DNA of 64,000 nt from Eledone cirrhosa. Taxonomy: Eukaryota. The notes under the pieces are model-generated. The model was not told where the DNA came from and did not search any database. It saw only the letters and a list, made by a program, of their open reading frames with translations. Within the stretch, counting starts at the first letter, position 1, and each line of letters opens with the position of its first letter. The stretch is taken from NCBI GenBank assembly GCA_964016885.1, contig OZ024748.1, positions 46,252,001-46,316,000 of the forward strand, in the 5' to 3' direction. This document shows positions 46,179 to 57,100 of this stretch, one piece after another. A program made the position numbers and the translations under genes.

Positions 46179-49100
46179 TGTAGTGGTTGTTGTTGGTAGT
46201 GTAGTGGTTGTTGTTGGTAGTGTAGAGGTTGTTGTTGGTAGTGTAGTGGTTGTTGTTTGTAGTGAAGTGGTTGTTGCTGGTAGTGTAGTGGTTGTTGTTT
46301 GTTGTGTAGTGGTTGTTGCTGGTAGTGTAGTGGTTGTTGTTGGTAGTGTAGTGGTTGTTGTTTGTAGTGTAGTGGTTGTTGTTGGTAGTGTAGTGGTTGT
46401 TGTTGGTAGTGTAGCGGTTGTTGTTGGTAGTGTACTTGTTGTTGTTGGTAGTGTACTGGTTGTTGTTGGTAGTGTAGTGGTTGTTGTTCGTTGTTTAGTG
46501 GTTGTTGCTGGTAGTGTAGTGGTTGGTGTTGGTAGTGCAGTGGTGGTTGTTGGTAGTGTAGTGGTGGTTGTTGGTAGTGCAGTGGTTGTTGTTGGTAGTG
46601 TAGTGGTTGTTGTTGGTTGTGTAGTGGTGGTTGTTGGTTGTGTAGTGTTTGTTGTTGGTAGTGTAGCGGTTGTTGTTGGTAGTGTAGTGTTTGTTGTTGG
46701 TAGTGTAGTGGTTGTTGTTGGTAGTGTAGCGGTTGTTGTTGGTAGTGTACTGGTTGTTGTTGGTAGTGTAGTGGTTGTTGTTGGTTGTGTAGTGGTTGAT
46801 GCTGGTAGTGTAGTGGTTGTTGCTGGTAGTATAGTGGTGGTTGTTGGTAGTGTAGTGGTGGTTGTTGGTAGTGTAGTGGTTGTTGTTGGTAGTGTAGTTG
46901 TTGTTGTTGGTTGTGTAGTGGTGGTTGTTGGTTGTGTAGTGTTTGTTGGTAGTGTAGTGGTTGTTGTTGGTTGTTTAGTGTTTGTTGCTGGTAGTGTAGT
47001 GGTTGTTGTTGGTAGTGTAGTGGTTGTTGTTGGTAGTGTAGTGGTTGTTGTTGGTTGTGTAGTTGTTGTTGTTGGTTGTGTAGTGTTTGTTGGTAGTGTA
47101 GTGGTTGTTGTTGGTAGTGTAGTGGTGGTTGTTGGTAGTGTAGTGGTTGTTGTTGGTAGTGTAGTGGTTGTTGTTGGTTGTGTAGTGGTGGTTGTTGGTT
47201 GTGTAGTGTTTGTTGGTAGTGTAGTGGTTGTTGTTGGTAGTGTAGTGGTGGTTGTTGGTAGTGTAGTGGTGGTTGTTGGTTGTGTAGTGTTTGTTGGTAG
47301 TGTAGTGGTTGTTGTTGGTAGTATAGTGGTGGTTGTTGGTAGCGTAGTGGTTGATGTTGGTAGTGTAGTGGTGGTTGTTGGTAGTGTAGTGGTTGTTGTT
47401 GGTAGTGTAGTGGTTGTTGTTGGTAGTGTAGTGGTGGTTGTTGGTAGTGTAGTGGTTGTTGTTGGTATTGTAGTGGTGGTTGTTGGTAGTGAAGTGGTGG
47501 TTGTTGGTAGAGTAGTGGTTGTTGTTGGTAGTGTAGTGCTTGTTGTTGGTTGCATAGTGTTTGTTGGTAGTGTAGAGGTGGTTGTTGGTTGTGTAGTGGT
47601 GGTTGTTGGTTGCGTAGTGTTTGTTGGTAGTGTAGTGTTTGTTGTTGGTAGTGTAGTGGTTGTTGGTAGTGTAGTGGTTGTTGTTGGTAGTGTAGTGGTG
47701 GTTGTTGGTAGTGTAGTGGTTGTTGTTGGTAGTGTAGTGGTTGTTGCTGTTTGTGTAGTGTTTGTTGGTAGTGTAGTGGTTGTTGTTGGTTGTGTAGTGG
47801 TGGTTGTTGTTTGTGTAGTGTTTGTTGGTAGTGTAGTGGTTGTTGTTGGTTGTGTAGTGTTTGTTGGTAGTGTAGTGGTTGTTGTTGGTATTGTAGTGGT
47901 TGTTGTTGGTAGTGTAGTGGTGGTTGTTGGTAGTGTAGTGGTTGTTGTTGGTAGTGTAGTGGTGGTTGTTGGTTGTGTAGTGGTGGTTGTTGGTGGTGTA
48001 GTGTTTGTTGGTAGTGTAGTGGTTGTTGTTGGTAGTGTAGTGGTTGTTGGTAGTGTAGTGGTTGTTGTTGGTAGTGTAGTAGTTGTTGTTGGTAGTGTAG
48101 TGGTGGTTGTTGCTAGTGTAGTGGTTGTTGTTGGTTGTGTAGTGGTGGTTGTTGGTTGTGTAGTGTTTGTTGGTAGTGTAGTGGTTGTTGTTGGTTGTGT
48201 AGTGGTGGTTGTTGGTTGTGTAGTGTTTGTTGGTAGTGTATTGGTTTTTGTTGGTAGTGTAGTGGTTGTTGTTGGTAGTGTAGTGTTTGTTGGTAGTGTA
48301 GTGGTTGTTGTTGGTAGTGTAGTGGTGGTTGTTGGTTGTGTAGTGTTTGTTGGTAGTGTAGTGGTTGTTGTTCGTAGTGTAGTGGTTGTTGTTGGTTGTG
48401 TAGTGGTGGTTGTTGGTTGTGTAGTGTTTGTTGATAGTGTAGTGGTTGTTGTTGGTAGTATAGTGGTTGTTGTTGGTAGTGTAGTGGTGGTTGTTGGTTG
48501 TGTAGTGGTTGTTGTTGGTAGTGTAGTGGTTGCTGTTGGTTGCGTAGTGTTTGTTGGTAGTGTAGTGGTTGTTGTTGGTAGTGTAGTGGTTGTTGTTGGT
48601 AGTGTAGTGGTTGTTGTTGGTTGTGTAGTGTTTGTTGGTAGTGTAGTGGTTGTTGTTGGTAGTGTAGTGGTTGATGTTGGTTGTGTAGTGTTTGTTGGTA
48701 GTGTAGTGGTTGTTGTTGGTTGTATAGTGGTGGTTGTTGGTTGTGTAGTGTTTGTTGGTAGTGTAGTGGTTGTTGTTGGTTGTGTAGTGTTTGTTGGTAG
48801 TGTATTGGTTGTTGTTGGTAGTGTAGTGGTGGTTGTTGGTAGGGTAGTGTTTGTTGGTAGTGTAGTGGTTGTTGTTGTTAGTGTAGTGGTTGTTGTTGTT
48901 AGTGTAGTGTTTGTTGGTAGTGTAGTGGTTGTTGTTGGTTGTGTAGTGGTGGTTGTTGGTTGTGTAGTATTTGTTGGTAGTGTAGAGGTTGTTGTTGGTA
49001 GTGTAGTGGTTGTTGTTGGTTGTGTAGTGGTGGTTGTTGGTTGTGTAGTATTTGTTGGTAGTGTAGTGGTTGTTGTTGGTAGTGTAGTGGTGGTTGTTGG

Positions 49101-51190
49101 TAGTGTAGTGGTTGTTGTTGGTAGTGTAGTGGTGGTTGTTGGTTGCGTAGTGTTTGTTGGTAGTGTAGTGGTTGTTGTTGGTATTATAGTGGTTGTTGTT
49201 GGTAGTGTAGTGGTGGTTGTTGGTAGTGTAGTGGTTATTGTTGGTAGTGTAGTGGTGGTTGTTGGTAGTGTAGTAGTGGTTGTTGGTAGGGTAGTGGTTG
49301 ATGGTAGTGTAGTGGTTGTTGTTGGTAGTGTAGTGGTGCTTGTTGGTAGTGTAGTGGTTGTTTTTGGTAGTGTATTGGTGGTTGTTGGTTGTGTAGTGTT
49401 TGTTGGTAGTGTAGTGGTTGTTGTTGGTAGTGTAGTGGTTGATGGTAGTGTAGTGGTTGTTGTTGGTAGTGTAGTGGTGGTTGTTGGTAGTGTAGTGGTG
49501 GTTGTTGGTAGTGTAGTGGTTGTTGTTGGTAGTGTAGTGGTTGTTGTTGGTTGTGTAGTGGTGGTTGTTGGTTGTGTAGTGTTTGTTGGTAGTGTAGTGG
49601 TTGTTGTTGGTTGTGTAGTGGTTGTGGTTGGTAGTGTAGTGGTGGTTGTTGCTAGTGTAGTGGTTGTTGTTGGTAGTGTAGTGGTTGTTGTTGGTTGTGT
49701 AGTGTATGTTGGTAGTGTAGTGGTTGTTGTTGGTAGTGTAGTGGTGGTTGTTGGTAGTGTAGTGGTGGTTGTTGGTAGTGTAGTGGTGGTTGTTGGTAGT
49801 GTAGTGGTTGTTGTTGGTAGTGTAGTGGTTGATGTTGGTAGTGTAGTGGTTGTTGTTGGTAGTGTAGTGGTTGTTGTTGGTTGTGTAGTTGTGGGTGTTG
49901 GTAGTGTAGTGGTTGTTGTTGGTAGTGTAGTGGTTGTTGTTGGTATTGTAGTGGTTGTTGTTGGTAGTGTAGTTGTGGTTGTTGGTAGTGTAGTGGTTGT
50001 TGTTGGTAGTGTAGTGGTGGTTGTTGGTAGTGTAGTGGTGGTTGTTGGTAGTGTAGTGGTTGTTGTTGGTAGTGTAGTGGTTGTTGTTGGTAGTGTAGTG
50101 GTTGTAGTTGGTAGTGTAGTGCTTGTTGTTGGTAGTGTAGTGGTGGTTGTTGGTAGTGTAGTGGTTGTTGTTGGTTGTGTAGTTGTGGTTGTTGTTAGTG
50201 TAGTGGTTGTTGTTGGTAGTGTAGTGGTTGTTGTTGGTTGTGTAGTGATTGTTGTTGGTTGTGTAGTGGTGGTTGTTGGAAGTGTAGTGGTTGTTGTTGG
50301 TAGTGTAGTGGTTGTTGTTGATAGTGTAGTAGTTGTTGTTGGTAGTGTAGTGTTTGTTGGTAGTGTAGTGGTTGTTGTTGGTAGCGTAGTGGTTGTTGTT
50401 GGTAGTGTAGTGGTTGTTGTTCGTAGTGTAGTGGTTGTTGTTGGTACTGTAGTGGTTGTTGTTGGTAGTGTAGTTGTGGTTGTTGGTAGTGTAGTGGTTG
50501 TAGTTGGTAGTGTAGTGGTTGATGTTGGTAGTGTAGTGGTTGTTGTTGGTAGTGTATTGGTTGTTGTTGGTTGTATAGTTGTGGTTGTTGGTAGTGTAGT
50601 GGTTGTTGTTGGTAGTGTAGTAGTTGTTGTTGGTATTGTAGTGGTTGTTGTTGGTAGTGTAGTTGTGGTTGTTGGTAGTGTAGTGGTGGTTGTTGGTAGT
50701 GTAGTGGTTGTTGTTGGTAGTGTAGTGATTGTTGTTGGTTGTGTAGTTGTGGTTGTTGGTAGTGTAGTGTTTGTTGTTGGTAGTGTAGTGGTTGTTGTTG
50801 GTAGTGTAGTGATTGTTGTTGGTTGTGTAGTGGTTGTTGTTGGTAGTATAGTGGTGGTTGTTGGTTGTGTAGTGGTTGTTGTTGGTTGTGTAGTTGTGGT
50901 TGTTGGTAGTGTAATTGTTGTTGTTGATTGTGTAGTGGTTGTTGTTGGTTGTGTAGTGGTTGTTGTTGGTAGTGTAGTGGTTGTTGTTGGTAGTGTAGTG
51001 GTTGTTGTTGGTTGTGTAGTTGTTGTTGTTGGTAGTGTAGTGGTTGTTGTTGGTAGTGTAGTGGTTGTTGTTGGTTGTGTAGTGGTTGTTGTTGGTAGTG
51101 TAGTTGTAGTTGTTGGTAGTGTAGTTGTTGTTGTTGGTTGTGTAGTGGTTGTTGTTGGTTGTGTAGTTGTGGTTGTTGGTAGTGTAGTGG
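46179..51190 (-). repeat. Coding minisatellite, 21/18-bp units encoding LPTTTTT, QPTTTTT and LPTNTT
   Basis: Visible in the sequence and in the translation of track ORF 45894..54116. Confidence 0.95.
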
Positions 51191-54100
51191 TTGTAGGTGG
51201 GAGTGTAGTTCTTGATAGTGTAGCGGTCTTTGTTGGTATTCTAGTGGTTGTTGTTGGTACTTCAGTTTTTGTTGGTGGTGTTGTGGTTGTTGTTGGTTGT
51301 GTAGAGATTGTTTTTTGTAGTGTAGTGTCTGTTGTTGTTGCTACTCTACTGGTTGTTGTTGGTACTTTAGTTGTTGTAGCTTTGGTTGTTTTCATTTGTA
51401 ATATGCTTGATCTGGTTCCTTTTGTTGTTACTGTTGGTTGCGTAGTCTCTATTGCCCGATCCTTGGACTCTCGTGTTATTCTAGGAGATACAGTAATCTC
51501 TCCTAATTCTGTCGCTAGCATTTCTTTTATTGTGTTTTTGTTCGAAGTATAGTCTAGTGTACTAACTTCGGTCTCTGGGGGCAAACTGTGGGGTCTCGTT
51601 GTGTCGAATATGGGATATATTGTAGTGATATGATTTTGTTCTACATTAGTGGCATCCCTTGTGTGTGTCATTGTTTCTACTGATGGTGCTGACATTAACT
51701 CTTTCATTTTATTTGTAGACCAGGGTCTAGTTATGGCTTTATAAGTTGCTGATATTGTGGGATTTGTTTTAGTATCGCCTATATTTGTCATTTCTTTATT
51801 AGTCTGTGTTTTCCCATCACTCGGAGGTAAACTATAAATATTTGTTGTTATTTCTAATGCTTTTGGGGATGTTTTATCTAGTGGCCGATCTGTTGTCAAT
51901 GTTTTCCCATTGGTATATGAGTATAAGTTTGTAGTTGTGGGAAAAGTATGATCTGTTAATATATCCCTCTTTGAAGCCATCGAAGAAGATAGTTCATATT
52001 TTGTCTGCTGCATTGTACTATCAGTTGTATATAGATGATTAATATTAGATGTTGTTGTGTTAGAGTCAAGACGAGGGAGGGCAGAGGTAGCAGTGGTAGT
52101 GTTTAATTTAAATGAGGTAGATTTACTTGTGACTGATACATTTAATGGAGGAGGTTGGGTAGTGGTAGATATAACATTAGATAAATTAGTGAGATGGAGA
52201 TTAGATGTCATAAGAGGGGAAGAGCTAGTAGTTAATTTGTGGGTAAGTGTAGCGGTTGTTGTTATTGTAGTGGTTGTTGTTGGTAGTATAGTGGTTGTTG
52301 TTGGTAGTGTAGTGGTGGTTGTTCTTATTGTAGTGGTTGTTGTTGGTATTGTAGTGGTGGTTGTTGGTAGTGTAGTGGTTGTTGTTGGTAGAGTAGTGGT
52401 TGTTGTTGGTAGAGTAGTGGTTGTTGTTGGTAGAGTAGTGGTTGTTGTTGGTAGAGTAGTGGTTGTTGTTGGTATTGTAGTGGTGGTTGTTGGTAGTGTA
52501 GTGGTTGTTGTTGGTAGTGTAGTGGTGGTTGTTGGTAGTGTAGTGGTTGTTGTTGGTAGTGTAGTGGTGGTTGTTGGTAGTGTAGTGGTGGTTGTTCTTA
52601 TTGTAGTGGTTGTTGGTAGAGTAGTGGTTGTTGTTGGTAGTGTAGTGGTGGTTGTTGGTAGTGTAGTGGTTGTTGTTGGTAGTGTAGTGGTGGTTGTTCT
52701 TATTGTAGTGGTTGTTGTTGGTATTGTAGTGGTGGTTGTTGGTAGTGTAGTGGTTGTTGTTGGTAGTGTAGTGGTGGTTGTTGGTAGTGTAGTGGTTGTT
52801 GTTGGTAGAGTAGTGGTTGTTGTTGGTAGTGTAGTGGTTGTTGTTGGTAGTGTAGTGGTGGTTGTTTGTAGTGTAGTGGTGGTGGCTGGTAGTGTAGTGG
52901 TGGTTGTTGGTAGTGTAGTGGTTGATGTTGGTAGTGTAGTGGTGGTTGTTGGTAGTGTAGTAGTTGTTGTTGGTAGTGTAGTGGTGGTTGTTGGTAGTGT
53001 ACTGGTTGTTGTTGGTAGTGTAGTAGTTGTTGTTGGTAGTGTAGTGGTGGTTGTTGGTAGTTTAGTTGTTGTTGTTGGTAGTGTAGTTGTGGTTGTTGGT
53101 AATTTAGTGGTTGTTGTTGGTAGTGTAGAGGAGGTTGTTGGTAGTGTAGTGGTTGTTGTTGGTAGTGTAGTGGTTGTTGTTGGTAGTGTAGTGGTTGTTG
53201 TTGGTAGTGTAGTGGTTGTAGTTGGTAGTGTAGTGGTTGTTGTTGGTAGTGTAGTGGTTGTAGTTGGTAGTGTAGTGGTTGTTGTTGGTAGTGTAGTGGT
53301 TGTAGTTGGTAGTGTAGTGGTTGTTGTTGGTAGTGTAGTGGTTGTAGTTGGTAGTGTAGTGGTTGTTGTTGGTAGAGTAGTGGTGGTTGTTGGTAGTGTA
53401 GTGGTTGTTGTTGGTAGTGTAGTGGTTGTAGTTGGTAGTGTAGTGGTGGTTGTTGGTAGTGTAGTGGTTGGTGTTGGTAGTGTAGTGGTGGTTGTCGGTA
53501 GTGTAGTGGTTGTAGTTGGTAGTGTAGTGGTTGTTGTTGGTAGTGTAGTGGTTGTTGTTGGTAGTGTAGTGGTTGTTGTTGGTAGTGTAGTGGTGGTTGT
53601 TGGTAGTGTAGTGGTTGTTGTTGGTAGTGTAGTGGTGGTTGTTGGTAGTGTAGTGGTTGTTGTTGGTAGTGTAGTGGTTGTTGTTGGTAGTGTAGTGGTT
53701 GTTGTTGGTAGTGTAGTGGTTGTTGTTGGTATTGTAGTGGTTGTTGTTGGTAGTGTAGTGGTGGTTGTTGGTAGTGTAATGGTTGTTGTTGGTAGTGTAG
53801 TGGTTGTTGTTGGTAGTGTAGTGGTTGTTGTTGTTAGTGTAGTGGTTGTTGTTGGTAGTGTAGTGGTTGTTGTTGGTAGTGTAGTAGTTGTTGTTGGTAT
53901 TGTAGTGGTTGTTGTTGGTAGTGTAGTGGTGGTTGTTGGTAGTGTAGTGGTTGTTGTTGGTAGTGTAGTGGTTGTTGTTGGTAGTGTAGTGGTTGTTGTT
54001 GGTAGTGTAGCGTTGGTAGTTGGTAGTGTAGTGGTTGTTGTTGGTATTGTAGTGGTTGTTGTTGGTAGTGTAGTGGTTGTTGTTGGTAGTGTAGTGGTTG

Positions 54101-57100
54101 TTGTTGGTAGTGTCATGGTGGTTGTTGGTAGTGTAGTGGTTGTTGTGGGTAGTGTAGTGGTTGTTGTTGGTAGTGTAGTGGTTGTTGTTGGTAGTGTAGT
54201 GGTTGTTGTTGGTAGTGTAGTGGTTGTAGTTGGTAGTATAGTGGTTGTTGTTGGTAGTGTAGTGGTTGTTGTTGGTAGTGTAGTGGTTGTTGTTGGTAGT
54301 GTAGTGATTGTTGTTGGTAGTGTAGTGGTTGTAGTTGGTAGTGTCGTGGTGGTTGTTGGTAGTGTCGTGGTGGTTGTTGGTAGTGTAGTGGTTGTTGTTG
54401 GTAGTATAGTGGTTGTTGTTGGTAGTGTAGTGGTTGTTGTTGGTAGTGTAGTGGTGGTTGTTCGTAGTGTAGTGGTTGTTGTTGGTAGTGTAGTTGTGGT
54501 TGTTGGTAGTGTAGTGGTTGTTGTTGGTAGTGTAGTGGTTGTTGTTGGTAGTGTAGTGGTTGTTGTTGGTAGTGTAGTGGTTGTTGTTGGTAGTGTAGTG
54601 GTTGTTGTTGGTATTGTAGTGGTTGTTGTTGGTAGTGTAGTGGTGGTTGTTGGTAGTGTAGTGGTTGTTGTTGGTAGTGTAGTGGTTGTTGTTGGTAGTG
54701 TAGTGGTTGTTGTTGGTATTGTAGTGGTTGTTGTTGGTAGTGTAGTGGTGGTTGTTGGTAGTGTAGTGGTGGTTGTTGGTAGTGTAGTGGTGGTTGTTGG
54801 TAGTGTAGTGGTGGTTGTTGGTAGTGTAGTGGTGGTTGTTGGTAGTGTAGTGGTTGTTGTTGGTAGTGTAGTGGATGTTGTTGTTGGTAGTGTAGTGGTT
54901 GTTGTTGGTAGTGTAGTGGTTGTTGTTGGTATTGTAGTGGTTGTTGTTGGTAGTGTAGTGGTTGTTGTTGGTAGTGTAGTGGTGGTTGTTGGTAGTGTAG
55001 TGGTTGTTGTTGGTAGTGTAGTGGTGGTTGTTGGTAGTGTAGTGGTTGTTGTTGGTAGTGTAGTGGATGTTGTTGTTGTTGGTAGTGTAGTGGTTGTTGT
55101 TGGTAGCGTAGTGGTTGTTGTTGGTATTGTAGTGGTTGTTGTTGGTAGTGTAGTGGTTGTTGTTGGTAGTGTAGTGGTGGTTGTTGGTAGTGTAGTGCTT
55201 GTTGTTGGTAGTGTAGTGGTGGTTGTTGGTAGTGTAGTGGTTGCTGTTGGTATTGTAGTGGTGGTTGTTGGTAGTGTAGTGGTTGTTGGTAGTGTAGTGG
55301 TTGTTGTTGCTAGTGTAGTGTTTGTTGTTGGTAGTGTAGTGGTTGTTGTTGGTAGTGTAGTGGTTGTAGTTTGTAGTGTAGTGGTTGTTGTTGGTAGTGT
55401 AGTGGTTGTTGTTGGTAGTGTAGTGGTGGTTGTTGGTAGTGTAGTGGTTGTTGTTGGTAGCGTAGTGGTTGTAGTTGGTAGTGTCGTGGTGGTTGTTGGT
55501 AGGGTAGTGGTTGTTGTTGGTAGTGTAGTGGTTGTAGTTGGTAGAGTCGTGGTGGTTGTTGGTAGTGTAGTGGTTGTTGTTGGTAGTGTAGAGGATGTTG
55601 TTGGTAGTGTAGTGGTTTTTGTTGGTAGTGTAGTGGTTGTAGTCGGTAGTGTCGTGGTGGTTGTTGGTAGTGTAGTGGTTGTTGTTGGTAGTGTAGTGGT
55701 TGTTGTTGGTAGTGTAGTGGTTGTAGTTGGTAGTGTCGTGGTGGTTGTTGGTAGTGTAGTGGTGGTTGTTGGTAGTGTAGTGGTTGTTGTTGGTAGAGTA
55801 GTGGTGGTTGTTGGTAGTGTAGTGGTTGTTGTTGGTAGTGTAGTGGTGGTTGTTGGTAGTGTAGTGGTTGTTGTTGGTAGTGTAGTGGTTGTTGTTGGTA
55901 GTATAGTGGTTGTTTTTGGTAGTGTAGTGGTTGTTGTTGGTAGTGTAGTGGTTGTTGTTGGTAGTGTAGTGGTTGTTGTTGGTAGTGTAGTGGTTGTTGT
56001 TGGTATTGTAGTGGTTGTTGTTGGTAGTGTAGTGGTGGTTGTTGGTAGTGTAGTGGTTGTTGTTGGTAGTGTAGTGGTTGTTGTTGGTAGTGTAGTGGTT
56101 GTTGTTGGTATTGTAGTGGTTGTTGTTGGTAGTGTAGTGGTTGTTGTTGGTATTGTAGTGGTTGTTGTTGGTAGTGTCGTGGTGGTTGTTGGTAGTGTAG
56201 TGGTTGTTGTTGGTAGTGTAGTGGTGGTTGTTGGTAGTGTAGTGGTTGTTGTTGGTAGTGTAGTGGTTGTTGTTGGTAGTGTAGTGGTTGTTGTTGGTAG
56301 TGTAGTGGTTGTTGTTGGTAGTGTAGTGGTTGTTGTTGGTATTGTAGTGGTTGTTGTTGGTAGTGTAGTGGTGGTTGTTGGTAGTGTAGTGGTTGTTGTT
56401 GGTAGTGTAGTGGTTGTTGTTGGTAGTGTAGTGGTTGTTGTTGGTATTGTAGTGGTTGTTGTTGGTAGTGTAGTGGTGGTTGTTGGTAGTGTAGTGGTTG
56501 TTGTTGGTAGTGTAGTGGTGGTTGTTGGTAGTGTAGTGGTGGTTGTTGGTAGTGTAGTGGTGGTTGTTGGTAGTGTAGTGGTTGTTGTTGGTAGTGTAGT
56601 GGATGTTGTTGTTGGTAGTGTAGTGGTTGTTGTTGGTAGTGTAGTGGTTGTTGTTGGTATTGTAGTGGTTGTTGTTGGTAGTGTAGTGGTTGTTGTTGGT
56701 AGTGTAGTGGTGGTTGTTGGTAGTGTAGTGGTTGTTGTTGGTAGTGTAGTGGTGGTTGTTGGTAGTGTAGTGGTTGTTGTTGGTAGTGTAGTGGATGTTG
56801 TTGTTGTTGGTAGTGTAGTGGTTGTTGTTGGTAGCGTAGTGGTTGTTGTTGGTATTGTAGTGGTTGTTGTTGGTAGTGTAGTGGTTGTTGTTGGTAGTGT
56901 AGTGGTGGTTGTTGGTAGTGTAGTGCTTGTTGTTGGTAGTGTAGTGGTGGTTGTTGGTAGTGTAGTGGTTGCTGTTGGTATTGTAGTGGTGGTTGTTGGT
57001 AGTGTAGTGGTTGTTGGTAGTGTAGTGGTTGTTGTTGCTAGTGTAGTGTTTGTTGTTGGTAGTGTAGTGGTTGTTGTTGGTAGTGTAGTGGTTGTAGTTT

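Noticed and set aside
5256-46199. 13,647-aa plus-strand poly-Val/Gly/Ser ORF
   Set aside because: Antisense shadow of the Thr-rich frame (ACN codons read as Val on the other strand). It begins in an intron and is implausibly hydrophobic, and the splice signals and NIDO exons are all on the minus strand.
45937-51552. 1,871-aa plus-strand Val-rich ORF
   Set aside because: Same antisense artefact; it spans the N gap and terminates within the unique spacer where the minus frame stays open
45894-54116. Track ORF boundaries (Met 54116, stop 45894) as a complete 2,740-aa gene
   Set aside because: The Met is an isolated variant inside the array with no signal peptide and an apparently open frame upstream; the C-terminal NTTNNN tail and stop result from the arbitrary gap length
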